Shown here piece by piece: positions 1-5,619 of a stretch of 6,499 nucleotides of DNA (its first letter is position 1; every line of letters begins with the position of its first letter). Source of the stretch: a virus (Duplodnaviria > Heunggongvirae > Uroviricota > Caudoviricetes). Position numbers and translations under genes: made by a program. The DNA lies in the IMG/VR virus record IMGVR_UViG_2713896779_000013; one strand, written 5' to 3'. The notes beneath the pieces are model-generated. The model worked only from the letters and a program-made list of their open reading frames with translations. It was not told the origin of the DNA and searched no databases.

Positions 1-298
1 TGTACTTCAGGGGACAGCTTGTCAAAATTGACGTTCATCGGATCGGATTCTGGTTCGACCGGAATAAAGGAAGCGGATTCCTCATCCCAGCAGTTTTCCT
101 GCATATATTCGGTATCCCAGGAGTCGATGGCAGGGCGGGGCATGCCGGGTTTATCCTCGCAAACAAGAAATTTATAAGCGCAGTCCTGAGCAGCCGGATA
201 TTGCTCCAGGAATTGCCAGGTAAATTNNNNNNNNNNNNNNNNNNNNNNNNNNNNNNNNNNNNNNNNNNNNNNNNNNAAATCCCTGCCATTGCTGGCAT
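1..298 (-). CDS. hypothetical prophage early-left protein, partial (C-terminus lies beyond window start; 5' part interrupted by N-run)
   Basis: Minus-strand frame is open from 226 down to position 1 with a protein-like translation (...FTWQFLEQYPAAQDCAYKFLVCEDKPGMPRPAIDSWDTEYMQENCWDEESASFIPVEPESDPMNVNFDKLSPEV, running off the window). This is a different frame from the supplied 35..298 ORF. A candidate ATG at 298..296 sits upstream of the N-run 227-276, so start and frame continuity cannot be verified. No family recognised. Confidence 0.4.
227..276. other. run of 50 N (assembly gap or masked sequence)
   Basis: Literal n characters in the sequence; breaks the minus-strand gene at the left end. 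Confidence 0.99.
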
Positions 299-321
299 AT
301 AAAAATGAAACCGGATATTAA

Positions 322-531
322 TTACGGTGCTGTTTTAAGTCCTGCCGGGATTTCGTTATTGTCCATGCGAATAACTTTATCAACCGGATAACAGTTGCCG
401 GGAATTTTCTGTTCCGCTGCGGCAGCCATGCATTCTTTCATTGAGTCATGTATACCAATAACAAGATCGACTGGCTCGCCTGTATTAAGAAAAACCGTCA
501 GAACGAGTGCAAATACTGTATTCATTGTCAT
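322..531 (-). CDS. small hypothetical protein (~69 aa) with N-terminal hydrophobic segment
   Basis: The supplied ORF is 322..579, but the ATG at 531..529 overlaps the TGA stop of the upstream gene (ATGA coupling), and an alternative ATG at 525..523 has AAGGA about 8 nt upstream. Translation MTMNTVFALVLTVFLNTGEPVDLVIGIH... starts with a 16-residue hydrophobic stretch (signal or membrane anchor). No family recognised. Confidence 0.45.
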   Translation of the reverse strand: MTMNTVFALVLTVFLNTGEPVDLVIGIHDSMKECMAAAAEQKIPGNCYPVDKVIRMDNNEIPAGLKTAP

Positions 532-710
532 CGTCCTTTTTGCATCAGGCGTAAACGGGCCAGCATTGAAACAATGCATATTTGATTTAATAGCTCCCGT
601 TCGTGTTTTCTCTTATTAATGGCATCTTCAGTAAATACAGGGTTACTGATTCTGACACCAATTTCAAAACAACCTTCAGACGTATTGACGTTTGGTAATA
701 ACGTTTCCAT
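528..710 (-). CDS. small hypothetical protein (~60 aa)
   Basis: Internal ATG (710..708) of supplied ORF 528..806, preceded by GAGGA with a 7-nt spacer; stop TGA 530..528. Translation METLLPNVNTSEGCFEIGVRISNPVFTEDAINKRKHERELLNQICIVSMLARLRLMQKGR. The longer upstream extension has no RBS. No family recognised. Confidence 0.45.
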   Translation of the reverse strand: METLLPNVNTSEGCFEIGVRISNPVFTEDAINKRKHERELLNQICIVSMLARLRLMQKGR

Positions 711-727
711 TATCGCATCCTCAACAA

Positions 728-889
728 TGAATTTTGTGATGCGGTGCCTGGTGCCTCCAGGTGACGTTAACCAGTTAATAATTAACGCCGGATACAGAGA
801 ACCCACCCATAAGAACCAATACGGAAGTCAACTGGCCTTTTTAACTGTTCCGCGTGCGCTGAGCCGCATTCACCGCATCACAAAATTCA
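728..889. repeat. pair of perfect 19-bp inverted repeats (728-746 TGAATTTTGTGATGCGGTG; 871-889 CACCGCATCACAAAATTCA) flanking a 124-bp spacer
   Basis: Exact reverse-complement match read directly from the sequence. The left copy lies 18-36 nt upstream of the 528..710 gene start; the spacer contains short palindromes (CCTGG..CCAGG, GTTAAC). Confidence 0.8.
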
Positions 890-893
890 CTTT

Positions 894-939
894 AAAAAGG
901 GCGGGTATCACAAGGGAAAACAAAAAACGGATACCCGCC
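894..939 (-). terminator. hairpin followed by T-run on the minus strand (possible intrinsic terminator for leftward transcription)
   Basis: 10-bp perfect stem GGCGGGTATC (900-909) / GATACCCGCC (930-939). On the minus strand the stem is followed by CTTTTT (plus-strand A-run 894-898). The 20-nt loop is unusually long for an intrinsic terminator, hence low confidence. Confidence 0.35.
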
Positions 940-1286
940 AAAAGGTAATCAACATGGGTTGTTGCAGCGGGGTTGTCACTTAAGCGTATGGTCAACCTGA
1001 CAACCCGGTGTCCTCAACGGGGAAGGAATAACCCCGCCATACTTACCGCCGCGCCATTTCGCGGATTGCCACAACCGGAAGCGCACAGACGAAGATGTCA
1101 GTGGTACACAACAAAGGGAGGAATGACTTCGCCGTGCGCTTTCGCGTTATGCCCTGACTTTTCAGGGATATATCCTTTCAGTAAACTGTTTGTGCCGGAT
1201 TCTTATCCGTGTCCGGCGCACGACCATGCGCTGTCACGTGTGGTCTCCATTCTCAACCAGTAACCTCAATGGAGGATAAAATTAAA

Positions 1287-1586
1287 ATGGTCAGCAAACT
1301 AAATCAGACTCGCTGGAAGATTCATTATGAAACAGCGCGTTTAAATTATATTCTTGAATGTTTTGGGGATAACCTTGCTGCTGAGGAAGGCTATCCAAAC
1401 CATGTCGATGGTTTCGAAGCGATATATCTTTATCTATCCCGTAAACATGGATGGACTATTTCACAGTGTCGTTTAATGCCACTGGATGATATTCGCCTTG
1501 CTCTTTCGTTAGAGCTATCAGGGTGGCGACTCCCTGATGATGCAAAGATTGACGACCATCATTCTCACGATGATATAAGTTGTTAA
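1287..1586 (+). CDS. hypothetical protein (~99 aa), rightward and convergent with the leftward operon
   Basis: ATG 1287 with GGAGG at 1271-1275 (spacer 11 nt); an in-frame ATG at 1269 has no RBS. Stop TAA 1584-1586. Translation MVSKLNQTRWKIHYETARLNYILECFGDNLAAEEGYPNHVDGFEAIYLYLSRKHGWTISQCRLMPLDDIRLALSLELSGWRLPDDAKIDDHHSHDDISC. Overlaps the 3' end of the minus-strand gene 1456..1845 by 131 nt, so one of the two may be shorter or spurious. Confidence 0.5.
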   Translation: MVSKLNQTRWKIHYETARLNYILECFGDNLAAEEGYPNHVDGFEAIYLYLSRKHGWTISQCRLMPLDDIRLALSLELSGWRLPDDAKIDDHHSHDDISC

Positions 1587-1845
1587 GTTCCAGTAGTTTG
1601 GCTTTTGCAATGACCTCTACAGATTTCCAGAATTTGTGGGGGTCTGTACTCTCTTCCTGTTCGTCAGGAATGTTATTGTCCTCAACAGAAACAGAATACA
1701 GTCCGGTAAACGCATCGCGCACATTACGAGCCATATTATCAATGTCTTTTTTCGTTTCAGCTTCTAATGCAACTTCGTTCAGACGTTGACGAAGTGTATG
1801 TGCTGCAATTTCTTGGATTTCTTTTGGTAACTCTTTAAATTCCAT
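1456..1845 (-). CDS. hypothetical acidic protein (~129 aa), second gene of the leftward early operon
   Basis: ATG 1845..1843 preceded by GAGG (spacer 6 nt). An upstream in-frame ATG at 1857..1855 overlaps the stop of the preceding gene (TGATG), so the start could be 1857. Stop TAG 1458..1456. Net acidic, predicted helical. No family recognised. Confidence 0.5.
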   Translation of the reverse strand: MEFKELPKEIQEIAAHTLRQRLNEVALEAETKKDIDNMARNVRDAFTGLYSVSVEDNNIPDEQEESTDPHKFWKSVEVIAKAKLLELNNLYHRENDGRQSLHHQGVATLIALTKEQGEYHPVALNDTVK

Positions 1846-1856
1846 AGTCAACCTCA

Positions 1857-2087
1857 TCAGTCAGTGTTTCTGGCTAACCAGCGATGCGCGCCAGTTTCGG
1901 TTTTAAACGTTTTGCTTTTGGTATACGTTATCGCGGTGAACGTACCGTCCTGGTTGGGAAACACGCCGCATACCAGAGATTCACTGTTGCCAAGATCGAT
2001 AGTATCCATGTTGACCTCATTTCCCCTTAACGCCGGGGGAGCGGAACAAAAACCTGCTGCATAGTTAAAGTTGAACCCTGCCGTCAT
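1857..2087 (-). CDS. hypothetical protein (~76 aa), first gene downstream of the pL-like promoter
   Basis: ATG 2087..2085 with GAGG about 9 nt upstream; alternative internal ATG 2009..2007 with GAGG 5 nt upstream would give about 50 aa. No arginine-rich N-terminus, so not an N-type antiterminator. No family recognised. Confidence 0.45.
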   Translation of the reverse strand: MTAGFNFNYAAGFCSAPPALRGNEVNMDTIDLGNSESLVCGVFPNQDGTFTAITYTKSKTFKTETGAHRWLARNTD

Positions 2088-2186
2088 GTTCTTACGCCTC
2101 GGGCTGGCTACTTAACCCCTGACCACTGCCTGGTAACTCGAAGTATTGCCCTGCGTTCTGTGGGGCGGGGTGGGTGGTATGCTGGA

Positions 2187-2215
2187 ACTATAGGTAATGC
2201 CTAATTGATTGTCAA
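2187..2215 (-). promoter_or_regulatory. pL-like sigma70 promoter for leftward early transcription
   Basis: On the minus strand: -35 TTGACA (plus coords 2210-2215), 17-nt spacer, -10 TATAGT (plus coords 2187-2192). Embedded in the ATTAGGC-type operator repeats. Confidence 0.5.
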
Positions 2216-2250
2216 TAGGCTATGCCTAATGTTTTGATCGTAACCTAATA
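2195..2250. promoter_or_regulatory. OL-like operator cluster (three GCCTAAT/ACCTAAT half-sites)
   Basis: GCCTAAT at 2199-2205 and 2224-2230, ACCTAAT at 2243-2249. The same motif (as ATTAGGC / TTAGGC) recurs in the repressor-cro intergenic region; position mirrors lambda OL. Confidence 0.45.
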
Positions 2251-2324
2251 GGTGATGGCGACAGCAGAAAGTGATGGGGGGTTAAATAACGGAATCCAGG
2301 AGTTTTCCGTCAGACCATATAAGT

Positions 2325-2801
2325 TTAAGTTCCAGTTTTTGTGATGTTCTGGCTTTTCCGTTCAGATTCTAGAGCTTTCAGATACTTACCCACTTTCATT
2401 TCCATCGCTGCTATGTAGGCGCGAACATCGTGGTCAACCCAATCTGGTTCTGTAGCATTTCCAGATAACAGGAAAGCTACAATCGCTCTTATTTCATCAG
2501 AGGCTGCTTGATAAAGGTTGTTTATATCTAAAAGTTCACTTTTTGTATCTGAATTGGTGGGGGTTGGTATGGGGTATTCGTTAAGCCCCCAATGCTCTGG
2601 ACCAACAACATCAGAAAAGAAACGCCATAATTCTGGAAGTTTATCTTTACTTATAGAGCCTTTCTTAATCCAGTCATAAATTGATGGTGGTTGGACTTTG
2701 AAGTGGCGTGCGACCTCCGCCTTTGATTTGACGGATCCCGATGCGATTTTTTTGTTAATGGCCTGCTCTATCGCTCGGCCTAAGTCTTTACCACTAAGCA
2801 T
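2325..2801 (-). CDS. racR: prophage repressor, XRE-family HTH (RacR-like, CI functional analogue), 158 aa
   Basis: ATG 2801..2799, 158 aa. N-terminal HTH-like segment (GSVKSKAEVARHFKVQPPSIYDWIKKG). Divergent from a cro-like gene, between two operator clusters. Length and context match E. coli K-12 Rac racR (from memory, not searched). Confidence 0.8.
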   Translation of the reverse strand: MLSGKDLGRAIEQAINKKIASGSVKSKAEVARHFKVQPPSIYDWIKKGSISKDKLPELWRFFSDVVGPEHWGLNEYPIPTPTNSDTKSELLDINNLYQAASDEIRAIVAFLLSGNATEPDWVDHDVRAYIAAMEMKVGKYLKALESERKSQNITKTGT

Positions 2802-2824
2802 TGCTTAATATTCTCCTATGCTCA

Positions 2825-2898
2825 TTGCATTAGGCAATCCCTACCTTTATCGCATTAGGCACAGCCTATTGACATCTGTGTTAGGCGTCGCCTAATAT
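2825..2898 (+). promoter_or_regulatory. OR-like operator region with pR-like promoter for ydaS
   Basis: ATTAGGC at 2829-2835 and 2854-2860; perfect 15-bp palindrome TTAGGCGTCGCCTAA at 2881-2895. -35 TTGACA 2869-2874, 18-nt spacer, -10 TAATAT 2893-2898, with the palindrome overlapping spacer and -10. A leftward repressor promoter on the other strand was not confidently located. Confidence 0.55.
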
Positions 2899-2924
2899 TT
2901 CTGTGTGTTTTTGGAGTTCATTCG

Positions 2925-3221
2925 ATGAAAAAAGAGAACTATTCATTCAAGCAAGCTTGTGCTGTTGTCGGTGGGCAATCAGCAATGGCTAGGCTTTTAG
3001 GTGTATCACCTCCAAGCGTAAATCAATGGATCAAAGGGGTACGTCAATTGCCTGCCGAGAGATGTCCAGCAATTGAACGTGCAACAAGAGGTGAGGTTCT
3101 GTGCGAAGAACTTCGTCCTGATATTGACTGGTCATATTTACGACGTTCGGCATGTTGTTCGCAGAATATGTCAGTGAAGCAACTAAATGACAGTAACAAA
3201 TCCTCATTTGATCATACCTGA
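2925..3221 (+). CDS. ydaS: Cro-like HTH regulator (YdaS family), 98 aa
   Basis: ATG 2925 with GGAG 8 nt upstream. HTH-like segment QSAMARLLGVSPPSVNQWIKG. First gene of the rightward operon, divergent from the repressor; 98 aa matches K-12 YdaS length (from memory). Confidence 0.8.
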   Translation: MKKENYSFKQACAVVGGQSAMARLLGVSPPSVNQWIKGVRQLPAERCPAIERATRGEVLCEELRPDIDWSYLRRSACCSQNMSVKQLNDSNKSSFDHT

Positions 3222-3243
3222 AACATCAAGAGGCAAATGATTC

Positions 3244-3669
3244 ATGAAAATCAAGCATGAACACATCCGCATGGCGATGAATGCCTGGGCGCGTCCTGAT
3301 GGCGAAAAAGTTCCAGCAGCTGGAATAACCCAGGCTTATTTTGAGTTGGGTATGACGTTTCCTGAACTGTATGACGATAGCCATCCGGAAGCCTTGGCTC
3401 GCAATACCCAGAAAATTTTCCGCTGGGTAGAGAAAGACACCCCTGATGCAGTTGAAAAAATTCAGACGTTGTTACCAGCGATCGAAAAGGCAATGCCACC
3501 TTTGCTGGTGGCCAGAATGCGCAGCCACAGTTCAGCTTATTTTCGGGAGCTGGTGGAGACGCGGGAGCGACTGGTGAGAGACGCTGATGATTTTGTCGCA
3601 GTGGCAATCGCCGGTTTCAATCAGATGAACCGTGGTGGCCCGGCAGGAAATGCTGTGGCAGTTCATTGA
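3244..3669 (+). CDS. ydaT: CII-like protein (YdaT family), ~141 aa
   Basis: ATG 3244 with AGAGG upstream. Immediately follows the cro-like gene, as ydaT does in Rac-type prophages. Length is close to K-12 YdaT (140 aa, from memory). Confidence 0.8.
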   Translation: MKIKHEHIRMAMNAWARPDGEKVPAAGITQAYFELGMTFPELYDDSHPEALARNTQKIFRWVEKDTPDAVEKIQTLLPAIEKAMPPLLVARMRSHSSAYFRELVETRERLVRDADDFVAVAIAGFNQMNRGGPAGNAVAVH

Positions 3670-3740
3670 CTGACAATAGCCATATCGAATCGCTTCCGGC
3701 AACTCGTGAGTAAAAAGATTCGGTATCAGAAGAGGTGAGT

Positions 3741-4888
3741 ATGGCTAACGCCTGGCTCAGATTATGGCATGACATGCCAAATGACCCTAAGTGGCGAACA
3801 ATTGCCAGGGTGTCAGGGCAGCCAATTGCAACAGTGATGGCAGTGTATATCCACCTCCTGGTGAGCGCGTCACGAAATGTCACGCGAGGTCACATTGATG
3901 TCACGACAGAAGATTTGGCAAGTGCGCTCGACGTGACAGAAGAGGTAATTGATTCAATTTTGCAGACGATGCAGGGGCGGGTACTTGATGGTGATTTAAT
4001 CACTGGATGGGAAAAACGCCAGGTGCTGAAAGAGGACAACGGCAATATTTCGCAAACCGCAAAATCTCCGGCAGAGCGCAAGAGGGCGCAGCGAGAGAGG
4101 GAAAGAAAGCGGGAACAAAATGGCGATTGTCACGGCGAGTCACGAAATGTCACGCACATGTCACGACGAGTCACGACAGATAAAGATACAGATAAAGATA
4201 CAGATCAAGAAGATCAAAACACTATGGACCATGGCGTAAAAAACGCCACGAACCAGGCAGGGGATGTTCAGACCGTCAATCCTGGTCAGCCAGCAGGCAC
4301 GACACCGNNNNNNNNNNNNNNNNNNNNNNNNNNNNNNNNNNNNNNNNNNNNNNNNNNAAGCCGATTCAGCGTATGCGCTGAAAGCCGATTCGGGCGCTGT
4401 GCAGCAGGTGATGACCGCAAGGCAGGAGCAATCACACCAACTTCAGCAGCCTGAAGCCGATTCCGCCATTCAGCGGGAAGCCGATCGGGTAGTCCCGGAA
4501 AACACCGGTCAGTCTGTGGGACGAGTGGATTATCCGGATGTGTTCGAACAGGTCTGGCGGGAGTACCCGTTGCGTGCTGGGGCAAACCCGAAGAAATCCG
4601 CTTTCAGTGCCTGGAAGGCCAGATTACGCGAGGGGGTGCCACCAGAGGCCATGCTGGATGGCGTGAGGCGTTACGCAAGATACTTGGCGGCTACCGGGAA
4701 AACGGGAACGGAATTTGTTCAGCGAGCGACGACGTTTTTTGGACCGGACCGGAATTTTGAGAACCCCTGGTTGCTCCCGGTAAGCGGCACGAACAACCAG
4801 CGTTGTGTGAATCATATTTCTGANNNNNNNNNNNNNNNNNNNNNNNNNNNNNNNNNNNNNNNNNNNNNNNNNNCTGGTCATGAGGTAA
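3741..4888 (+). CDS. ydaU: replication initiation protein, YdaU-like (DUF1376-type N-terminus); interrupted by two N-runs, frame changes across the first gap, 3' end uncertain
   Basis: ATG 3741 with AAGAGG and a 5-nt spacer (supplied ORF starts at GTG 3735). N-terminal MANAWLRLWHDMPNDPKWRTIARVSGQPIATVMAVYIHLL resembles the YdaU/DUF1376 family. After the 4308-4357 gap the protein-like frame is a different one and stays open 4360-4821 (contains DYPDVFEQVWREYPLRAGANPKK...). Proposed end at TAA 4886-4888 is a guess; alternatives are TGA 4881-4883 or 4944. Could be two genes or a pseudogene. Confidence 0.5.
3869..3905. repeat. four GTCACG direct repeats at 10-11 bp spacing inside the replication gene (iteron-like cluster 1)
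   Basis: GTCACG at 3869, 3879, 3900 and GTCACa at 3889; includes the 16-mer TCACGAAATGTCACGC that recurs near 4141. Confidence 0.55.
4130..4220. repeat. iteron-like cluster 2 (about five GTCACG/TCACG repeats at roughly 10-bp spacing) followed by an A+T-rich tandem repeat (GATAAAGATACA x2, GATCAAGAA, GATCAAAAC)
   Basis: Read directly: ...GTCACGgcgaGTCACGaaatGTCACGcacatGTCACGacgaGTCACGacaGATAAAGATACAGATAAAGATACAGATCAAGAAGATCAAAAC. Coordinates +/-1 because of a one-base disagreement between my reading and the ORF track in this line. Iterons plus an A+T-rich segment resemble the lambda ori inside gene O. Confidence 0.5.
4308..4357. other. run of 50 N (assembly gap or masked sequence) inside the replication gene
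   Basis: Literal n characters; lies between the A+T-rich repeat and the AAGCCGATTC repeats, and the coding frame differs on either side. Confidence 0.99.
4358..4487. repeat. AAGCCGATTC direct repeats on a 24-bp period (4358, 4382, 4454, degenerate at 4478)
   Basis: Exact 10-mers at 4358-4367, 4382-4391, 4454-4463 and AAGCCGATC at 4478-4486; spacings 24, 72 (3x24) and 24. They also encode 8-residue peptide repeats (ADSAYALK / ADSGAVQQ / ADSAIQRE / ADRVVPEN), so could be a linker repeat, DNA iterons, or both. Confidence 0.5.
4824..4873. other. run of 50 N (assembly gap or masked sequence) at the 3' end of the replication gene
   Basis: Literal n characters; prevents defining the stop of the YdaU-like gene. 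Confidence 0.99.
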
Positions 4889-4903
4889 TTTTCAGGAGGG
4901 CTT

Positions 4904-5326
4904 GTGGCAAAAGTTTTTACACAAGAAGAGCGGGAAAAAATTAAAGGGCAGGTTCTTGAACTCGTACGCCAGAGTGGGCGCGAGACGTTACGACAACTGG
5001 AAGCTAAAACTGGGGCAACAAGATATCTGATGAGCGTTCTGGCCAGAGAGCTGGTTGCCAGTGGCGATGTATACAACTCTGGTTACGGGTTATTCCCGTC
5101 TGAACAGGCGCGTAAGGACTGGCAAAATACCCGTAAAAAGCTCTCAAGGGCAAAGCTGAAGAAACCTGCAGTGGTTGATCCGGACCTTATCTGGTCGTTA
5201 CCAGACGGCGAAATACGCCGCTACGACAGGCACCAGAACATAATTTGTCGTGAGAGCAGGAGGAGCGAAGTTATGCAGCGTGTGCTGGCGTTCTATCGGG
5301 GAAACTTTCAGGAGGTGATGGAGTGA
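4904..5326 (+). CDS. hypothetical protein (~140 aa), possible winged-helix/HTH segment
   Basis: GTG 4904 with AGGAGG at 4894-4899 (spacer 4 nt); stop TGA 5324-5326 overlaps the next gene's GTG (GTGA). HTH-like stretch ETLRQLEAKTGATRYLMSVLARELVASG. Sits where K-12 Rac has ydaV but is shorter, with no Walker motifs. No family recognised. Confidence 0.55.
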   Translation: MAKVFTQEEREKIKGQVLELVRQSGRETLRQLEAKTGATRYLMSVLARELVASGDVYNSGYGLFPSEQARKDWQNTRKKLSRAKLKKPAVVDPDLIWSLPDGEIRRYDRHQNIICRESRRSEVMQRVLAFYRGNFQEVME

Positions 5327-5619
5327 GGGTGAGAGTTTATATTGCCGGTCCAATGACGGGATATGAAAATTTCAACCGTGAGGCATTTCACAAGGTGGAA
5401 GAGGAACTGAAACGGGAAGGGCATACCGTCTTAAACCCGGCAGTACTTCCGGACGGGCTGACACAGCCGCACTACATGGATATTTGCATGGCAATGATTC
5501 GTTGTGTGGATGCGATTTACATGCTGAATGGCTGGCAGCGGTCAGCGGGCGCTAAGGCAGAGCTGGCACTGGCGGAGAAACTGGGGCATGCGGTGATTTA
5601 TCAGGAGGTGGCTCAATGA
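5323..5619 (+). CDS. DUF4406 family protein (nucleoside 2-deoxyribosyltransferase-like fold), ~98 aa
   Basis: GTG 5323 (alternative GTG 5329) with GGAGG at 5311-5315; start overlaps the upstream stop (GTGA). N-terminus RVYIAGPMTGYENFNREAF..., then ...VLNPA... and ...IRCVDAIYMLNGWQRSAGAKAELALAEKLG match my recollection of the DUF4406 pattern common in phage genomes. Confidence 0.7.
   Translation: MRVRVYIAGPMTGYENFNREAFHKVEEELKREGHTVLNPAVLPDGLTQPHYMDICMAMIRCVDAIYMLNGWQRSAGAKAELALAEKLGHAVIYQEVAQ

Noticed and set aside
35-298. Supplied minus-strand frame 35..298 as the true frame of the left-end gene
   Set aside because: A second minus-strand frame is open across 1-226 with a more protein-like translation running off the window; the N-run prevents deciding which joins the ATG at 298, so I report one partial CDS rather than trusting the 35 stop.
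395-619. Plus-strand ORF of 74 aa
   Set aside because: Lies entirely antisense to the minus-strand gene 322..531 and has no Shine-Dalgarno sequence.
619-948. Plus-strand ORF of 109 aa
   Set aside because: Antisense to the better-supported minus-strand gene 528..710, no RBS, low-complexity translation; its 3' half runs through the inverted-repeat and hairpin region.
1151-1167. boxB-like hairpin (CCCTG..CAGGG) as a nutL site
   Set aside because: No N-like arginine-rich protein is encoded, no boxA is adjacent, and it lies downstream rather than upstream of the first early genes.
973-1263. Plus-strand ORF of 96 aa
   Set aside because: TTG start without RBS and an Arg/Pro/Cys-rich translation typical of out-of-frame GC-rich DNA; treated as non-coding, with the 1123-1263 sub-ORF only noted.
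1580-2064. Plus-strand ORFs 1580..1789 and 1864..2064
   Set aside because: Both are antisense within the better-supported minus-strand genes, with no RBS and low-complexity Ser/Leu-rich translations.
3251-4081. Minus-strand ORFs 3251..3607, 3617..3883 and 3890..4081
   Set aside because: Antisense to ydaT and to the replication gene, which have strong context and family support; no RBS; Pro/Ser/Cys-rich translations.
4286-5076. Minus-strand ORFs 4286..4585 and 4624..5076, and the apparent 3735..4454 stop
   Set aside because: Antisense to the replication gene and partly built from N-run codons; the 4454 stop belongs to a frame that only continues through the gap if its length is exact, while the protein-like frame after the gap is a different one.
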